This document shows, in pieces, positions 1-12,325 of a stretch of 64,000 nt of DNA. Where the stretch lies: the NCBI GenBank assembly GCA_028534125.1, contig CM052816.1, positions 80,106,001 to 80,170,000 on the forward strand, read 5' to 3'. Below the pieces are notes generated by a model. The model was not told where the DNA came from. It did not search any database and saw nothing but the letters and a program-made list of their open reading frames with translations. Position numbers and translations under genes: made by a program. The first letter of the stretch is position 1, and each line of letters begins with the position of its first letter. This DNA comes from Lama glama (taxonomy: Eukaryota).

Positions 1-22
1 TGAGTGAATGTGTGATGTACAA

Positions 23-2280
23 CATCCCCTGAAGACAAATCTCCACTGTGGGTTATGGACGATGCTCCAGGAATATGTTCTCACGTCAGGAAGAGCCATT
101 ACGCACCAATATGCTGGTACTCATTTTCAGGGGCTAGTGGTTTGAGTCTGTGATGTGTTTATTTTCCTACACAAAAATGCAGTGGGTTACATAACCTCTG
201 CAGTGGGCAGTCTTAGAATTCCCATGGTACAATGGCTCATTCTTTTAAAAATGCATTAAATATGAATTAACCACTTCTCATTAATAACAGTATACATTAT
301 TTTCTTGCTACCCTCTATTCTTTTCCTTTCTCCTCCATGTAGTTCTGTTTTCTGTTTCCGGCCCCTTGCCTACATTAATTTTCATTGCTTTTAGGGCTTA
401 CTCACACAGCTCTTTTTAGTCCCCTTTGTAACAACTCCAACACATTTCCTTTTACATTTGTGACTGTTGCAACTTTCCTCCCTTGTTTTTTCTACCAGAA
501 CTTGTTTATTTTTGTTTTTCTCCCAGTGGTCTAATTTCTCTCCCTGCTGATCACATTTAATTGAGGTTTGCTGCGTGGTTAAGATGGAGAAAGTCTTTTC
601 TTCTCATGCCCAAAAAGGAAATGTTATTTTCAGTTTGTATAGTTTTAGTTTATCTTAGATTACTGCCTCTGTTGTATAGAACTCTCAGCTCTTTTTTTTT
701 TTTTTAAATAAACCCCATCAAGGAACAGTTTGCTTTCTTAAACATTGGGGAACAATCTGATCACTAGCTTCACCCCCTTTTTCTCTCTCCCTGCTTCTGC
801 TCTTTATGGATGTTTTGAGCTAGAATTCACCCTTCTGGTCAAAGGGGAACTTGGTGGCCCTAAATTCACTAATCCGAATGCAAAAGATGTTTAAAGAGAG
901 GTGTTAATCTCAAATGATCACCCTGAGAGGTTTTCTCATTTGTGGAATAAGAACCCCAAGTGGCATTGAAAGGAATTCTGGAACAGTGAATAGCTGTGAG
1001 ATGTGGTTTGCATGGGGAACAGTTCACTCTGCCGGTGAGTCTGCCTCACTAGACGTGTGTCTCTCTTTCACAGGCTCTTTGGAACCTAGCTACCCCTGTG
1101 AGGGGAACATCTTACACTTTTTTAAGGTCTTGCTTAAGTCCATCCTTAAATGAGTGCGTGTGAGGGATCATATGAATTCGAAAATGTAGAGTATCTCAGA
1201 CTCTCCACTGAGTCATTTCCTTATTTTTATTAATTGGCTTAAACCCAACTACAGAATGGAAAGCTATTTTTATGCATTTGCTCACGACTGAGAGATCTAA
1301 CACAAGACTTAAGCAACACAATCTGCCAGTTTAAAACAGAAAAAAAAATGCCTTACTATATTCCTTTTAATGAGGCTGACAATATGTTTCACATTTTGAG
1401 ATCATCTTTGCCTTCTAAAACATTCATAGGTAGGTTACAGAACACCTTCGGGGGATGTATTAGTGCTTGCAGATAAAGGGAACATTCTCTCTATCATTTC
1501 CCCTCTGTGGAGGCTTCCTTGGGGGTATTTTTTGCTTAATTTCATGGTCTGATGGATGGAAGCTCTATCAAGCACAAGTGCTCTGTAATAAAATGTGATT
1601 CATCTCTTTACTCCATTGTCAAAACCGTAAAGGCAGTCACTCAGGTGAGTGACTGACTCAGTAACTGCCCAACATGTTCTTTATTGAAATTATCCGGCAA
1701 TTGAGAAATTTGAAGTAAAATAACCCATGAAGTCATCCTGACCCAGCTATTCTTTTTTTTTTTTCTTCTTTTGACTTCTTTTTTATGGAAGTCAGTTACA
1801 ATGTGTCAATTTCTGGTGTACGGCATTATGTTTGCTTTCATGGTCTTTTTCATTATAGGTTACTACAAGATATTGAGTATATATAGTTCCCTGTGCTATA
1901 CAGAAAAAACTTGTTGTCTGCCCTAGCTATTCTGGGCCAGGGTAAGGGTCTTTTCTGGGAGTATTTTTCTATCAATTTAGTTTTGTAACCATCAGTCATA
2001 CAACAACTCTGATCATTAATTCGGCAAATTTCTATTCTAACAAGCTGCAGAACAATAGAACATATCACTCAGTCTTAAGCATAGCACATCTCCTGAGATG
2101 AAATAGCATTTATTTTTCAAAGAAATAAGAGATTTGGAGGCCAGTCCGTAAAACTCAGGAAAACCTATGAGGTGATGAAGGAAGTTATTCATGAAGTCTA
2201 AGCTTGTCTGTGTCTGGGCATGGAGTAGCAAGGTTTATCAGGGGATGGAATTTGTCCAGGCATGGTGCCCAGGGCAGTGA
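23..2280 (+). pseudogene. Tentative decayed LRC-type Ig receptor unit F (up to 5 Ig exons + TM exon)
   Basis: Candidate exons ~23-289 (VLTSGRAIT(L)Q(C)...EFP), 499-~775 (ccag|ELVYFCFSPSGLISLPADHI*LR), ~820-1115 (ITLR(C)...SAGE(Y)...EPS(D)P), 1401-1644 (GG.IS.ACR...K(Y)KCS...G|gtgagt), ~1695-2125 (SANFY..KL..N(G)TYH, split by L1) and TM-like 2159-2280 (LG.GVA...FVQAWCPGQ*). Parentheses are inferred reversions; permissive by-eye reading. Confidence 0.3.
1754..1921 (-). mobile_element. L1 3' end fragment (cetartiodactyl type)
   Basis: Poly-T tail, 'tataggttactacaagatattgag...ttccctgtgctatacag'; flanking direct repeat cccagctattct (1742-1753) / cctagctattct (1922-1933). Confidence 0.85.
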
Positions 2281-2529
2281 AAAAAGATCCGTATGTCTGA
2301 GGGAAAGGACTGCCCACTGAGCCTTCTTCTCCCTTCTAACTGTGAATGGTTGCTGAGCACGCGAAGGCTAGAAGCGGACGGGGAGGGGACCTGGTTAGAT
2401 AGATTCAAATGGGCATCAGTTCTACAAATGCAGGTCTCTTTGTTGTCGTTGTTGCTTGTTTTGTTTTTTGTTTCTTTGTTTTAATTTATACTCTATACTG
2501 TCTTTTTTGTTTCGTTTGTGTTTTTTAGA

Positions 2530-3020
2530 AACGCAGGTCTGATTGTGACTCTCATCCTCTACAAGATGATCCCCAAATTTCTTAGTACGGCAAAAGCATG
2601 GCCATCAAGGTTCCACTCAGCCTCAGTGTTTGTTTCATGCCCGATTCCATGACCATCCTGCTCCCTCTCTCTGGAGTACCCTCTTCCCCTGCCTACTTGG
2701 AATATTTGAATTGGTTTTTTAAATCAAACTCAGCTTAGCTCTTATTTTCTTCAGCAAGATTTCACTGTCTCCAGAGTTCATAACTCTTTCCCCCACGTGC
2801 ACGCTCCAATTCTTTTACTTATCCAAAGCCATGTAATTTACTTCTCTACTTAATTTTTTGGTCTGCTCCCTCTAAGGGTTTATGAGCTCCCTGAGGACAA
2901 ACTTGTATCTTTATTCTTGTTTGTGTCTGCTGTGCCTAACATGGAACCCAGCACGTAGCAGGAGCTCATGACATTTATGTAGCATGAATGAATGAGTGAA
3001 TGCGTGAATGAGTGAATGAG
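2530..3020 (+). mobile_element. L2 3' fragment
   Basis: 'gagctccctgaggac...gtgcctaacatggaacccagcacgtagcaggagctc' ending in a (TGAA)n tail. Confidence 0.75.
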
Positions 3021-4289
3021 AGAAGAGGTACCATTTGGGGATTAGGAATCTAGAAGGCAGAGCATCCACAGATACCACAGGGTGTTTCTGTATTGTGGTA
3101 GAGCTTGGATTGAAAGTTTTCTAAGAAAATGCCATTCATCAAATAGCTTTCCTGGCTTTTGAGGGATGACAGATTCAGCATGAAGGAAAATTAGAAATCA
3201 TCTGGTCCAACAAACCACTTCAAGAGAGAAGTCTTTTCCACGGCATCATTGATGGAGGAGCCGCTGGCTTCATTGGAATACCCTGGAGGCAGCAATTTAC
3301 CAGGGAGTCCACTCCAGGCTCAGATGGCTGTGTTTGTCTTTCACAATTAGGCATAATTTGCTGCTTTGAAATCTTCATCTGTGTCAGCTCTCAGTAAAAT
3401 TTAGCTATTATCATTGTCATTTGCTTTTTTTTCCTTTGTGAAAAATATCTAAATGTAGTTATCCAGGTTTTCATCTCTTTTCCGGGCTGATTGTTCCTGA
3501 TGGCTTAAACCCAAGACTTGGTTCCCAGATCCCTCACCCTCCTGGCCCCTCTCCTCTCACTTGCCGCAAGTCTCACCAGCCACCGGCGCATGACCAGTGC
3601 TTCTTGTGATCTGTTCTCTTCGACATCTCCTGGCTCAATTCATTCCAGAGAAAGGCCTCTTTCATCCCTCTGCTCCATGCTCACCAGAGACAAATGCCCA
3701 AAGCAGAAGGCTGAAGTTGGATTGATAGATGTGGGTGAAAAATATCTATGGGCACATAAATAAGAATGAAATCCAGAATAGTATTCATTTGCCAAAGGAG
3801 AGCTGGGGTAGGGACAGTGATTTTAAATAGGTGGTCAGGAACATAGCAAGGTCATATTTAGAAAAAAATTGATAATAAGCAGAAATTATTTAAAAAAGCA
3901 AATTTTCTTTCTGTATTATTTATCCCACATTGCTGCTTGCTCATCAAAAAGCAAAACAAAATAATCTTTATTTCTTAGCAGCAAAGCTATTTTGACCTCA
4001 AATAAACAAATTGAATTGTCAGAAAATAAGAGACTCTTGGAAGATTAAAAATAGATGGTGGGTTTTCATTGCTCTTACTAGATTCTTAAGTTCTTCTTGA
4101 ATGGTTTGGGGGGAAAACAGAGCAGAAGAATCTCCTTTAAAAATTATATGAATTTATGATATCTTTTAATATTAGCTACCATAAGTAAATGTGTTTTTAA
4201 CATCACAAATATTTGTAGATGTAGTCATAACTTATTTTAATATTTAGTAAAATTTAACTCTTTGTTTTTCTTCTTTTGACTGTTTTGTA

Positions 4290-4585
4290 TTTTTTATTGA
4301 AATGTATTTGACATATAACATTTTGTAAATGTAAGATGTACAAGTTAATTTGATACATTTATGTATTGTAATATGATTGTGATAATTAACACCTCTATCA
4401 CATTACATAATTTTTGTTAGTGGCTGGAATAATTAAGCTCTAGTCTCTTAGCAAGTTTGATGATTATAATGCAATACTGTTGTCTATATTCACTACACAG
4501 GGCATTAGATCTCTAGGGCTTTTTCACTACTTGTTGTAAGTTTGTACCCTTAAAACATCTTTCCTACACCCCTCCCCATTCTCCC
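4290..4585 (-). mobile_element. Old L1 (L1MA-like) 3' end
   Basis: 'ttttattgaaatgtatttgacatataac...ctctagtctcttagcaagttt...attagatctctag...gtttgtaccctt'. Confidence 0.75.
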
Positions 4586-5194
4586 TTTTTGATGCAAGTA
4601 ATTCAAGAATAAGAAAGTAGAAGGCCCTTCTAAACCCAATTAAGTTATGAGCAGTAAAGGAATAATTTTTGAAGGATATTGATAACGAACTCTGTGTTAA
4701 ACAACACATGTAAATGATGTTCCAACTGGCAACCTGCTATTTGTGTGACATAATTTTCAAGTTATTTTCTTTCTATTAGTGATGAGTTTGTGCTGAGTGA
4801 TCCCTATTCTCTTGTCTATGTCCTCTTGTTCTCAGTGATGCATGCTTGCACAATGGCTAGCTAGGGAGAGGGCTCTCACATCTCCTGCACTGAAACTGAG
4901 ATCTGGGTTGCTAGTTGAAAAGAAGATGCTGCTTGTATCAAAAAGACTCAGCTAAACATGGGGTGGCATCTTGCATTTGGGGAAGAGAAGATACAAGCTG
5001 CTGGAGACTGCCCGCTCCAGGTGAGTCAGCCCAGGGAAACTGATAGTTCTTAACTGGGCTCTTTACTGCAGGTGCAAAGATTGACTTGGTAAATTTCAGC
5101 TCCTAGACTGAAAATCACCAGGGTCTACAGTCATGGTGAAAATTCAGGGACACGGTCCACGGGAAGCAAGAGGGCAAACTGTTGCAGCAGACAG

Positions 5195-6010
5195 TGCTGG
5201 TTTTCAAGGCTCCCTTCCTTCAGCACTGTACTTCCTGGGAGGCTGGGGATGAAATGTGACCAGACCAAGCTAATCACGGCGGCCTCTCTCACTCTTGCTC
5301 TTGCTGGTGACTAGTTTAAGCATGTGCCCATAAAAAAATTCTGGCCCATGACAAACGAGAAGTCTACACTGGGTCGTTTTGAATAGGATTATAAACAGAC
5401 ACACACAAGAAGAGACAGTTTATTATTCTACTAGGCATAGCCCATCTGGATGTGATGCCCCGCCCTGCAGCAGCCATTGTTGACATGAGGGGAGCCAGCC
5501 TGAGAATCAGACCTGCATGCTGAAGATGAGTGAGCCAAGAGGCTGAGGCCTGAGGCCTGAGGCTGTACCTGAAACACTGAATTAACCAAACACAGAGCTG
5601 CCTGTTACGGACTGAATCACGCCTCTCCAAAATTCATATGTTGAAATCAACTCTCAATACTTTAAAATATGACCATATTTGGAAATGCAGCCTTTAAAGG
5701 GGTAACTAAGGTCCAAGGAAGTCATATGGGTGGGGTCTAATCCAAACTGACTAGTGTCTTGATATGAAGAGGAGAGTAAATCAGAGACACAGAGATGCTT
5801 TGCAAAGAGACGGTGGCCATCTGCAAGCCACGGAGAGAGGCCTCAAGAGAAACCAAAGCTCCCACACCTTGATCTCAGACTTTTAGCTTCCAGAACTAGG
5901 AGAAAATAAATTTTTGCTGTTGAAGCCACCCAGTCTGTGCTATTTTGTTAGAGCAGCTCTCACAAACCAATACCCTGCCCTACCTTCGGCCTTCTTGATA
6001 TATAAGGTGG
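5195..6010 (+). mobile_element. Old MaLR LTR (MLT1J/K-like) interrupted by a younger MLT1
   Basis: 'gcagccattgttgacatgaggggagccagcctgagaat' motif; resumes after the inner element with 'ctaccttcggccttcttg'. Confidence 0.6.
5603..5974 (+). mobile_element. MaLR solo LTR (MLT1B/C-like)
   Basis: Starts tgttacggactgaat, ends aaccaatac(c); 5-bp target-site duplication CTGCC at 5598-5602 and 5975-5979. Confidence 0.85.
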
Positions 6011-7280
6011 AACAATTTTTCATCCAGAAAAACACAGAGGATCATCCCAAGAAACACTGTCATAAACACAAGGAGTAGAGGGTCATCTAGTGACCAGGAG
6101 GAAGCTGAAGATGTCTGAGGAGTGGTAGCATTAAAAATTTGTTTCCAAACACCAGAGCAGGGCTTTGGTCTCTGCTCTCCCAACCCTCCCGTAGCTGGAC
6201 CTGAGGATGGAGCCTCTGGTTTGTGGCCAAGGGACAGAGTAACGCTGACTGTCCCATGTGTGGACTTAGACTAAGGACTGTGACCTCAGCTAACCAATCA
6301 AATTAACTAGCGACAGATGAAAACCAAATTTTCACCAGCTTCAGAGAATGAGAATTTACAAAGTCCTATGTGGTAGTTAGAGTAGGACAGCATGGAACCA
6401 GTGTCATTTATGGGTTTTCCCCTACTAATTTAGTTATCCCAAGTTCTATCTTCAAAGCAGGAAGTTGGGTAACCACTGGATAAAGAGAGACTAACTGCCA
6501 ACGTATAACAGTACTTGTGTATTTTATCAAATAGCTCAGGCTTGGCCCTGAGCTATGAAATAAAACATACTCCTCTCACGACCAAACACAAAGTGGTATT
6601 TGTTGAACCAAATATATTTTTCTAGAGAGTAGTGGTCAAGTTGACGATAGCCACATTATTTCCAATTTTCAAGGCTTAGATTCAAATAGCTCCTCTTTGG
6701 TTTTCCTGCCTCAGGAATCTTCACTTTAAACCCATTCATCTCCCTGGTAAAGCTTCCCAACATCACTTCCATTATTCCTTCCTCTGCCTACAAATACATT
6801 CATTTGGCTCTAAAACTATCGAAGACATCCTTTAGTGCATCTGCCCAGTCTGCAGTCCCATATTCCTTCTCTGGGTGCTGCTTCATCCTGGAGGTGGGAC
6901 CCAGAAACCATGTGTACTCAATATGACATCACTTCTTATCGCACTAGGAAGAGACAATCAGACTCTCTTTCACAGAAACTTGAATTGAAAGTCAAAGATG
7001 CTGGTGGCCTCTGCTGGTCATTTGAACTAAGAAATGGAAGCATGTGAATTGTGGGAAGGATTGTCTTATACCCCCATTTACAGGGAACAGAAAAATCTAT
7101 TGTGCAGAGAGAAAAGGTTGAGGCAGGTAGGCAGAGAGAAGCCGAGGTGAGGGTGGATTGAGGGATCACCACTAGGAGACTTACATCATTAGCTCCTAAT
7201 ATATTTTCATTCCTAGTTCCATGCATTAGGGAGACTCAGCTGCCCATTCTGCCCTTGAGTTCCTCCGGATTCCTTTGTTT

Positions 7281-7398
7281 AAAAAAAAAAATTTATTTTT
7301 CCTTTTCTTTTAATGGAGGTACTGGGGATGGAACCCAGGACCTCATTCATGCTACGCATGCGCTCTACCACTGAGCTATACCCCTACCCATCCCACTC
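7281..7398 (-). mobile_element. tRNA-Ala(AGC)-derived SINE (camelid vic-1 type)
   Basis: Reverse complement GGGGTATAGCTCAGTGGTAGAGCGCATGCGTAGCATGAATGAGGTCCTGGGTTCCATCCCCAGTACCTCCA plus A-rich tail; TSD ccggattcctttgttt (7265-7280) / ccagatccctttgttt (7399-7414). Confidence 0.9.
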
Positions 7399-10327
7399 CC
7401 AGATCCCTTTGTTTTTAAGTTACCTCACTCCCTGGGGCTTACACTAGTTTGCATGGTTTTCTGTTAATTGTATCCAAAGTCACCTTGGCCAAGGCAAAGC
7501 TAAAAGTTCAGCCCTTGGCTTGGTATTCAACACCATCCCCAACGTAGCCATCCTGTGCCAGGTTCATCTCCATGTCCTCCACCTCCTACAGGGAGCTGCA
7601 TTCACAGCAGTCTGCTTTCTTCCCTCCTCTCACATCTCACATTTCTTATATTTCTGTCTTATCCTTGTTTCACATCATTTCCTCTGCTGAAAAGCTCTCT
7701 TCCTCTTCTTGGCCTATTTGAATGCTACACATTTTCAAGGGTCAAGCTCAGTTTGCCCTTCTACGAAAGGCTGCTACAAGCTTCCCAGCCTACAATTCCT
7801 CCTCCTTTTAAACATCTATCATGCTTGTTCTTTCCATTAAAAACTACTTTCTGATTGCAATAGCTTACAGTAATGGAGAAGAATAGGTTGGTTTCGGAGA
7901 AATAACTTCGATGACAGAAGTTCTAACACCAGAGTTTGGAAATAATGTGAAACCAAGGAATATATCCCAGGATGTCAGGACAGGAGGGTGGTGGCAAAAA
8001 TATACTTAAGTACTACCATAAATATAATAATATCCAATCTGTTGGAAAACATGAAATGTGTATGTTCGTATGGATTTTATTATTTAGCTTTTTCAACAAC
8101 ACCTACATTGAGTATGATGAAGCAGTTAGATAGGAGGAGATAGAGATGGAAAAATAAGAGGATATAAAGGAGAACGTGGACACTGTGGTATTGGAGAAGG
8201 TGGAGATGGTAGGGATCGGAGCGAACAGGACAGAACGGATGGAAAAGAGGTGAGGAGATGGTGGTGAGTCCTCCTTCCTCCTCCTTCAGGCAAAATAAAC
8301 TTTAACCCTGATCCTCTGACACTACTTCCTCTCTCAGGAAGGAGAAGGGATAGGAGCAGAAGTTATGAAGGTGAAGTAAATAAAGAACAGTAGGATGACA
8401 AAGAGGACTGGGACAACCTAGTATGGGATATTCCAGTCTTTATGACAAGAATGAATCTGTAGTAACAAATTAGTATTTTTAATAATGACTATGTGAATCC
8501 TTATAGCCCTGCCCACTCAACAGCATTCACTCAACAAATATTTATAGTACTCTCTATTATCAGATGGTTCATTAGCATATGGATTAGTCATGCCCCTCTC
8601 CCATTGCATATTACGGAAATCCACAATGTCTGATAACACTGGCAGGAAACATCACTCGTCCATAGGCAACGTAATGTGGCTGCCTCTTTGACTCACCACT
8701 GACCTTTGGTCCAGGAGAGCTTCCCACCCCTGCCTGCCTCTGGGGTATTCCAAATCTGCTGCTCCCTGACTTGCAGCTGGGCTGGGTCCTTTTCTTCTCT
8801 CAGGAGAGCTTTCAAAGGTTGTTTAAGACAACAGCAGGAGCTTGCTTAGGCTTAACCCCTGATTACCATCTAGAGACAGCACTCCAGGGAGTTCAAAGCT
8901 CAGAACATATCACACTTTGTGTCTATTTCTCCTCTTCCAACACCTTTGTTCAGCTGTATCAGAATATCAACTCTGAAGGGAAAAGATGCTCCACCCTGGT
9001 TGCAGCCCTGTTCGTGGAAAGTTGAAAAGATCACTGCATTCCATTTGTTCTTTCTTCTAGTCTAAACCCATGTGGAGACCAACTCTGTAGCAAGTGTGGA
9101 CCTTGAGTATCCCATTGCCTAATGGAAAAGCAACCTGGATAACTTATTAATCATATGGATGACTACTAGTCTCTTTGTTTTTAGAACCACTTATACAAAT
9201 AGAGAACTGCCTTCTCTGTCGGCTCCCTATTTCCCACCCCTTATATCTGTCCTAATTCTTTTACCTCACTGTATTTTAGAGATGGCATTAACTAGTGTTA
9301 TGAAGGTGGACATACTGGCTCTGAAGGGGGGTGTATGTGTGTGTATGTGTGTGTGTGATAACATGTAAACAAGAGAGAAATGCTCTAATTTGATGGTTCA
9401 TTTTTAAGAAAGCCTGTCCCTTAGCACAGAGCTTCTAGATTCTACTCCATTTCATCCCTTTAGATTGCAGACAAACACGTAAGGCCCATTTCTCAGCCTT
9501 CGTTCTTCCCCCTGGGGAATCAGCACGTGTTGCCTGTTGTTGCTGGGAGGCACCTTTCCCTCAGGCTATGCCTCTGCCTGAGGAATGAACAAGAAGCATT
9601 TCCAGGGTTGCACATATGTATTATTAGGCTACCATCAGGATATGTTGGGAGCAGTCCTGCCTTTCCTGATGGCTGGAAGCGTCATTTTTTCCCTTAAAAT
9701 GGACAGATCTACGTTCTGTTTCTAACCCTTCACCTTCCATCAAGGTCACAGCACACCTACTGGGTGTACTGTTATCTTGAGGAGGTAATCTTTCTGGGTG
9801 CTTCTTTGCATTTTCAGTTTTGTAGACTTGGGATCCTGGAAGTTACACTTCATCCCTCAAGTCATACCAAATTTGGTACGGTGTTCCTGGACTTTAAAAT
9901 CCTTTAATTGGAGGATTTTTGCTGCCAGTTCATCTAATTGAGTTTATATGATTCACTTTCCAAATCCAACTCACAGTTCTGTGATGAAATAAGAAACTAA
10001 TTTTTTTCCCCAAGCCTCGGATACCACAGATATGACTGAAAGGTTCACAGAAAGGTCAGTTCCAATCCTGTCCCATGTTGATCAACTCAGCCTGGAATTG
10101 CAAAGCAGGAAATCTTAGGCTCAAAGAGGTATCAGTACTATGCCTAACACACACCACCTCTTTTGTAGATATTTGTTAATTGATTAATACAGTCTTAACA
10201 CTTAATTAATTAAGAGTCTCATTTTCCTTTAGCTAGATGTTGATGAATTCATGTTTGACCCAAAAAGAAATTGTCAGTTACAGAGTGACACCAATGATTT
10301 GAAAAATAAAAATCAACTCTCCCTCCC

Positions 10328-10492
10328 AGACTGGCAACGTAAATTGTGGAGCCCAGAACAAGATGAAGATGCAGGACTCCTTGTTCAAAAATTGCCAAGA
10401 ATTTCAAAATGGCAACTGCAGAGCATTAAACCAAGTGTGGGGTCCCTACTAAGTACAGATCACACACCTGTGAAGCTGGCCCAATCCCTCCT
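10328..10492 (-). mobile_element. MER45A (hAT-Tip100 DNA transposon)
   Basis: 'ccttgttcaaaaattgccaagaatttcaaaatggcaactgcagagcattaaaccaagtgtggggtccc...gaagctggccc'. Confidence 0.8.
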
Positions 10493-10603
10493 GCCCCTTT
10501 TGATTGACACGTATGAGTGCCTACACTTTATCAGGCATTTTGACTATCTTTTCATCTACATTATCTTCTGCCATTCCCAAAGAAGCCACAGGAGTCTGGA
10601 AGA

Positions 10604-11472
10604 TTTTTCTTTTTTTTCAATTGAAGTATAGTTGATTTACAATGTTGTGCTTGCTTCGAGTATAAGCAAAGTTATTCAATTATACATAGACAGATTCCAT
10701 TATAGGTTATTAAAATATATTTAATATCACTCTCTGTGCTATATAGTGAGTCCTTGTTGCTTATCTATTTTATATATAGTCGTGTATATATTAATTCCAA
10801 ATTCCCAATTTGTCCATCCCCCCAACTCTTTTCCACTGTGGTAACCATAGTTTGTTATCTATGCCTGTGAGTCTATTTCTGGTTTGTAAATAAGTTCATT
10901 TGTGTCTTTTTTTTAGATTCCATATATAAGAGATATCATATGATATTTGTCTTTCTCTGTCTGACATACTTCACTTAATATGATAATCTCTAGGTCTATC
11001 CATGTTGCTGCAAATGGCATTGTTTCATTGTTTTTGTATGGCTGAGTAATATTCCATTGTATATATATACCACATCTTCTTTATCTGATCATTTGCTGAT
11101 GAACATCTAGGTTGTTTCCATGTCTTGGCTACTGTAAATAGTGCTGCTATGAACATTGGGGAGCAGGTATATTTTCAAATTATAGTTTTCTCCAGATATA
11201 TGCCCAGGAGTGGGATGGCTAGATCATATGGCAGCTTTATTTTTATTTTTTTAAGGAATCTCCATACTGTTCTCCATAGTGACTGCACCAATTTACAGTA
11301 CCAGCACCAAAGAGGGTTCTTTTTCTCCACACCCTCTCAACCATTTATTATTTGTAGACTTTTTAATGATGGCCATTCTGACTGGTATAAGGTGATACCT
11401 CATTGTAGTTTTGATTTACATTTCTGTAATAATTAGCAACGTTGAGCATCTTTTCATGTGCCTGTTGGCCAT
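10604..11472 (-). mobile_element. L1 3' end (3'UTR plus ORF2 C-terminus)
   Basis: Poly-T at left; 'ccatgttgctgcaaatggcat', 'gtaaatagtgctgctatgaacatt', 'gttgagcatcttttcatgtgcctgttggcc'. Confidence 0.9.
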
Positions 11473-11885
11473 GACCTGGAGATTGTCATTCTGAGTGAAG
11501 TAAGCCAGAAAGAGAAAGAAAAATACCATATGACATCACTTATATGTGGAATCTAAAAAAAAAGACACAAATGAACCTTTTTACAAAACAGAAACAATCT
11601 CACAGGCATAGAGCATAAACTGTGGCTACCAGGTGGAAAGTGGATGGGAAGCAATAAATTTGGAGTTCGAGATTTGCAGATACTAACTATTATATATAAA
11701 ATAGATAAACGTTTATATTGTATAGCACAGGGAACTATGTTCAATATCTTGTAGTAACCTATAATGAAAAAGAATATGAAAAGGAATATACACACACACA
11801 CATATGACTGGGACATTATGCTATACGCCAGAAATTGACACAACATTGTAAACTGACTATATTTTAATAAAAAATAAAAAAGAAA
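11473..11885 (+). mobile_element. L1 3' end (younger subfamily)
   Basis: 'gacctggagattgtcattctgagtgaagtaagccag...tatagcacagggaactat...aacattgtaaactgactat' plus A tail. Confidence 0.9.
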
Positions 11886-12029
11886 GTAGAGGGGTGGTTT
11901 GTAGTAAGCTGCATTAATTTCAAACCACATGAGCAATTCTGAAATGGTGTCAAGAGCACTTAAAAAGTTTGATTTCTTAATAGGGTACATATTCTTCCCA
12001 AATTATATTCTTTGTAGCTTGTTGATATC

Positions 12030-12325
12030 ATGCATTAATTCAAGGGCTGTATATTGAGAGCCTCCTACGTGTCTGGCATTGTTCTAGGTACTGGGACACA
12101 GCTACGGACACAACAAATGAAATCTCTACTCTGGAGGCACTTAAACTCTAGTGGCAGGAGACAGATGATAAACACAGAATGGATAAATATCTGATAGTGC
12201 AATGAAGAAGAATAAAACATGTAAGAAGACAGAGAGTGACAAGGAAAGGAGAGAGATGCTATTTAATACAGAATTTTCAAGAAAGCACTAACAAGGACAC
12301 ATTTGAGCAGGGAATTGAAGGAAAC
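12030..12325 (-). mobile_element. L2 fragment
   Basis: 'tattgagagcctcctacgtgtctggcattgttctaggtactgggacacag...atttgagcagggaattgaagga'. Confidence 0.75.

Larger units (their letters stand above)
3467..9291 (+). pseudogene. Tentative decayed Ig receptor unit G (up to 5 Ig exons + TM exon)
   Basis: Candidate exons 3467-3734 (canonical cag| and G|gtgaaa; LVPRSLTL...FDIS.L), 4836-5071 (GE..HISC...AAGD), ~6168-6468 (LLSQPS...PRDRVTLT), 7864-8125 (GNNV..R..SQ...NIQSV), 8804-~9150 (VQSSEHITLC...NTFVQLY). TM-like exon 9185-9291 follows a strong acceptor: YT[+1]IENCL...LISVLILL...WH*. Confidence 0.3.

Noticed and set aside
1..300. Ig-like reading on the minus strand (HCRGY...FV...HSGD)
   Set aside because: Deliberate control. 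A plausible Ig pattern can be read on the opposite strand when substitutions and frameshifts are allowed, so such matches alone are not evidence and lower confidence in units E-H.
1210..1661. AP-1 motifs (tgagtca at 1210, tgactca at 1655) as an enhancer
   Set aside because: 7-mers are expected by chance in 64 kb; no other support.
7313..7385. Functional tRNA-Ala gene
   Set aside because: Substitutions in the anticodon loop and T-loop, an A-rich tail and a TSD show a retroposed SINE.
10158..10193. 36-nt AG/GT mini-exon upstream of the 10091 Ig segment
   Set aside because: Lies in an L2 3'-end-like fragment and lacks a pyrimidine tract; it also shows that 36-nt spacing can arise by chance.
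11125..11990. ORFs of 103 aa and 145 aa
   Set aside because: Antisense readings of L1 3' ends.
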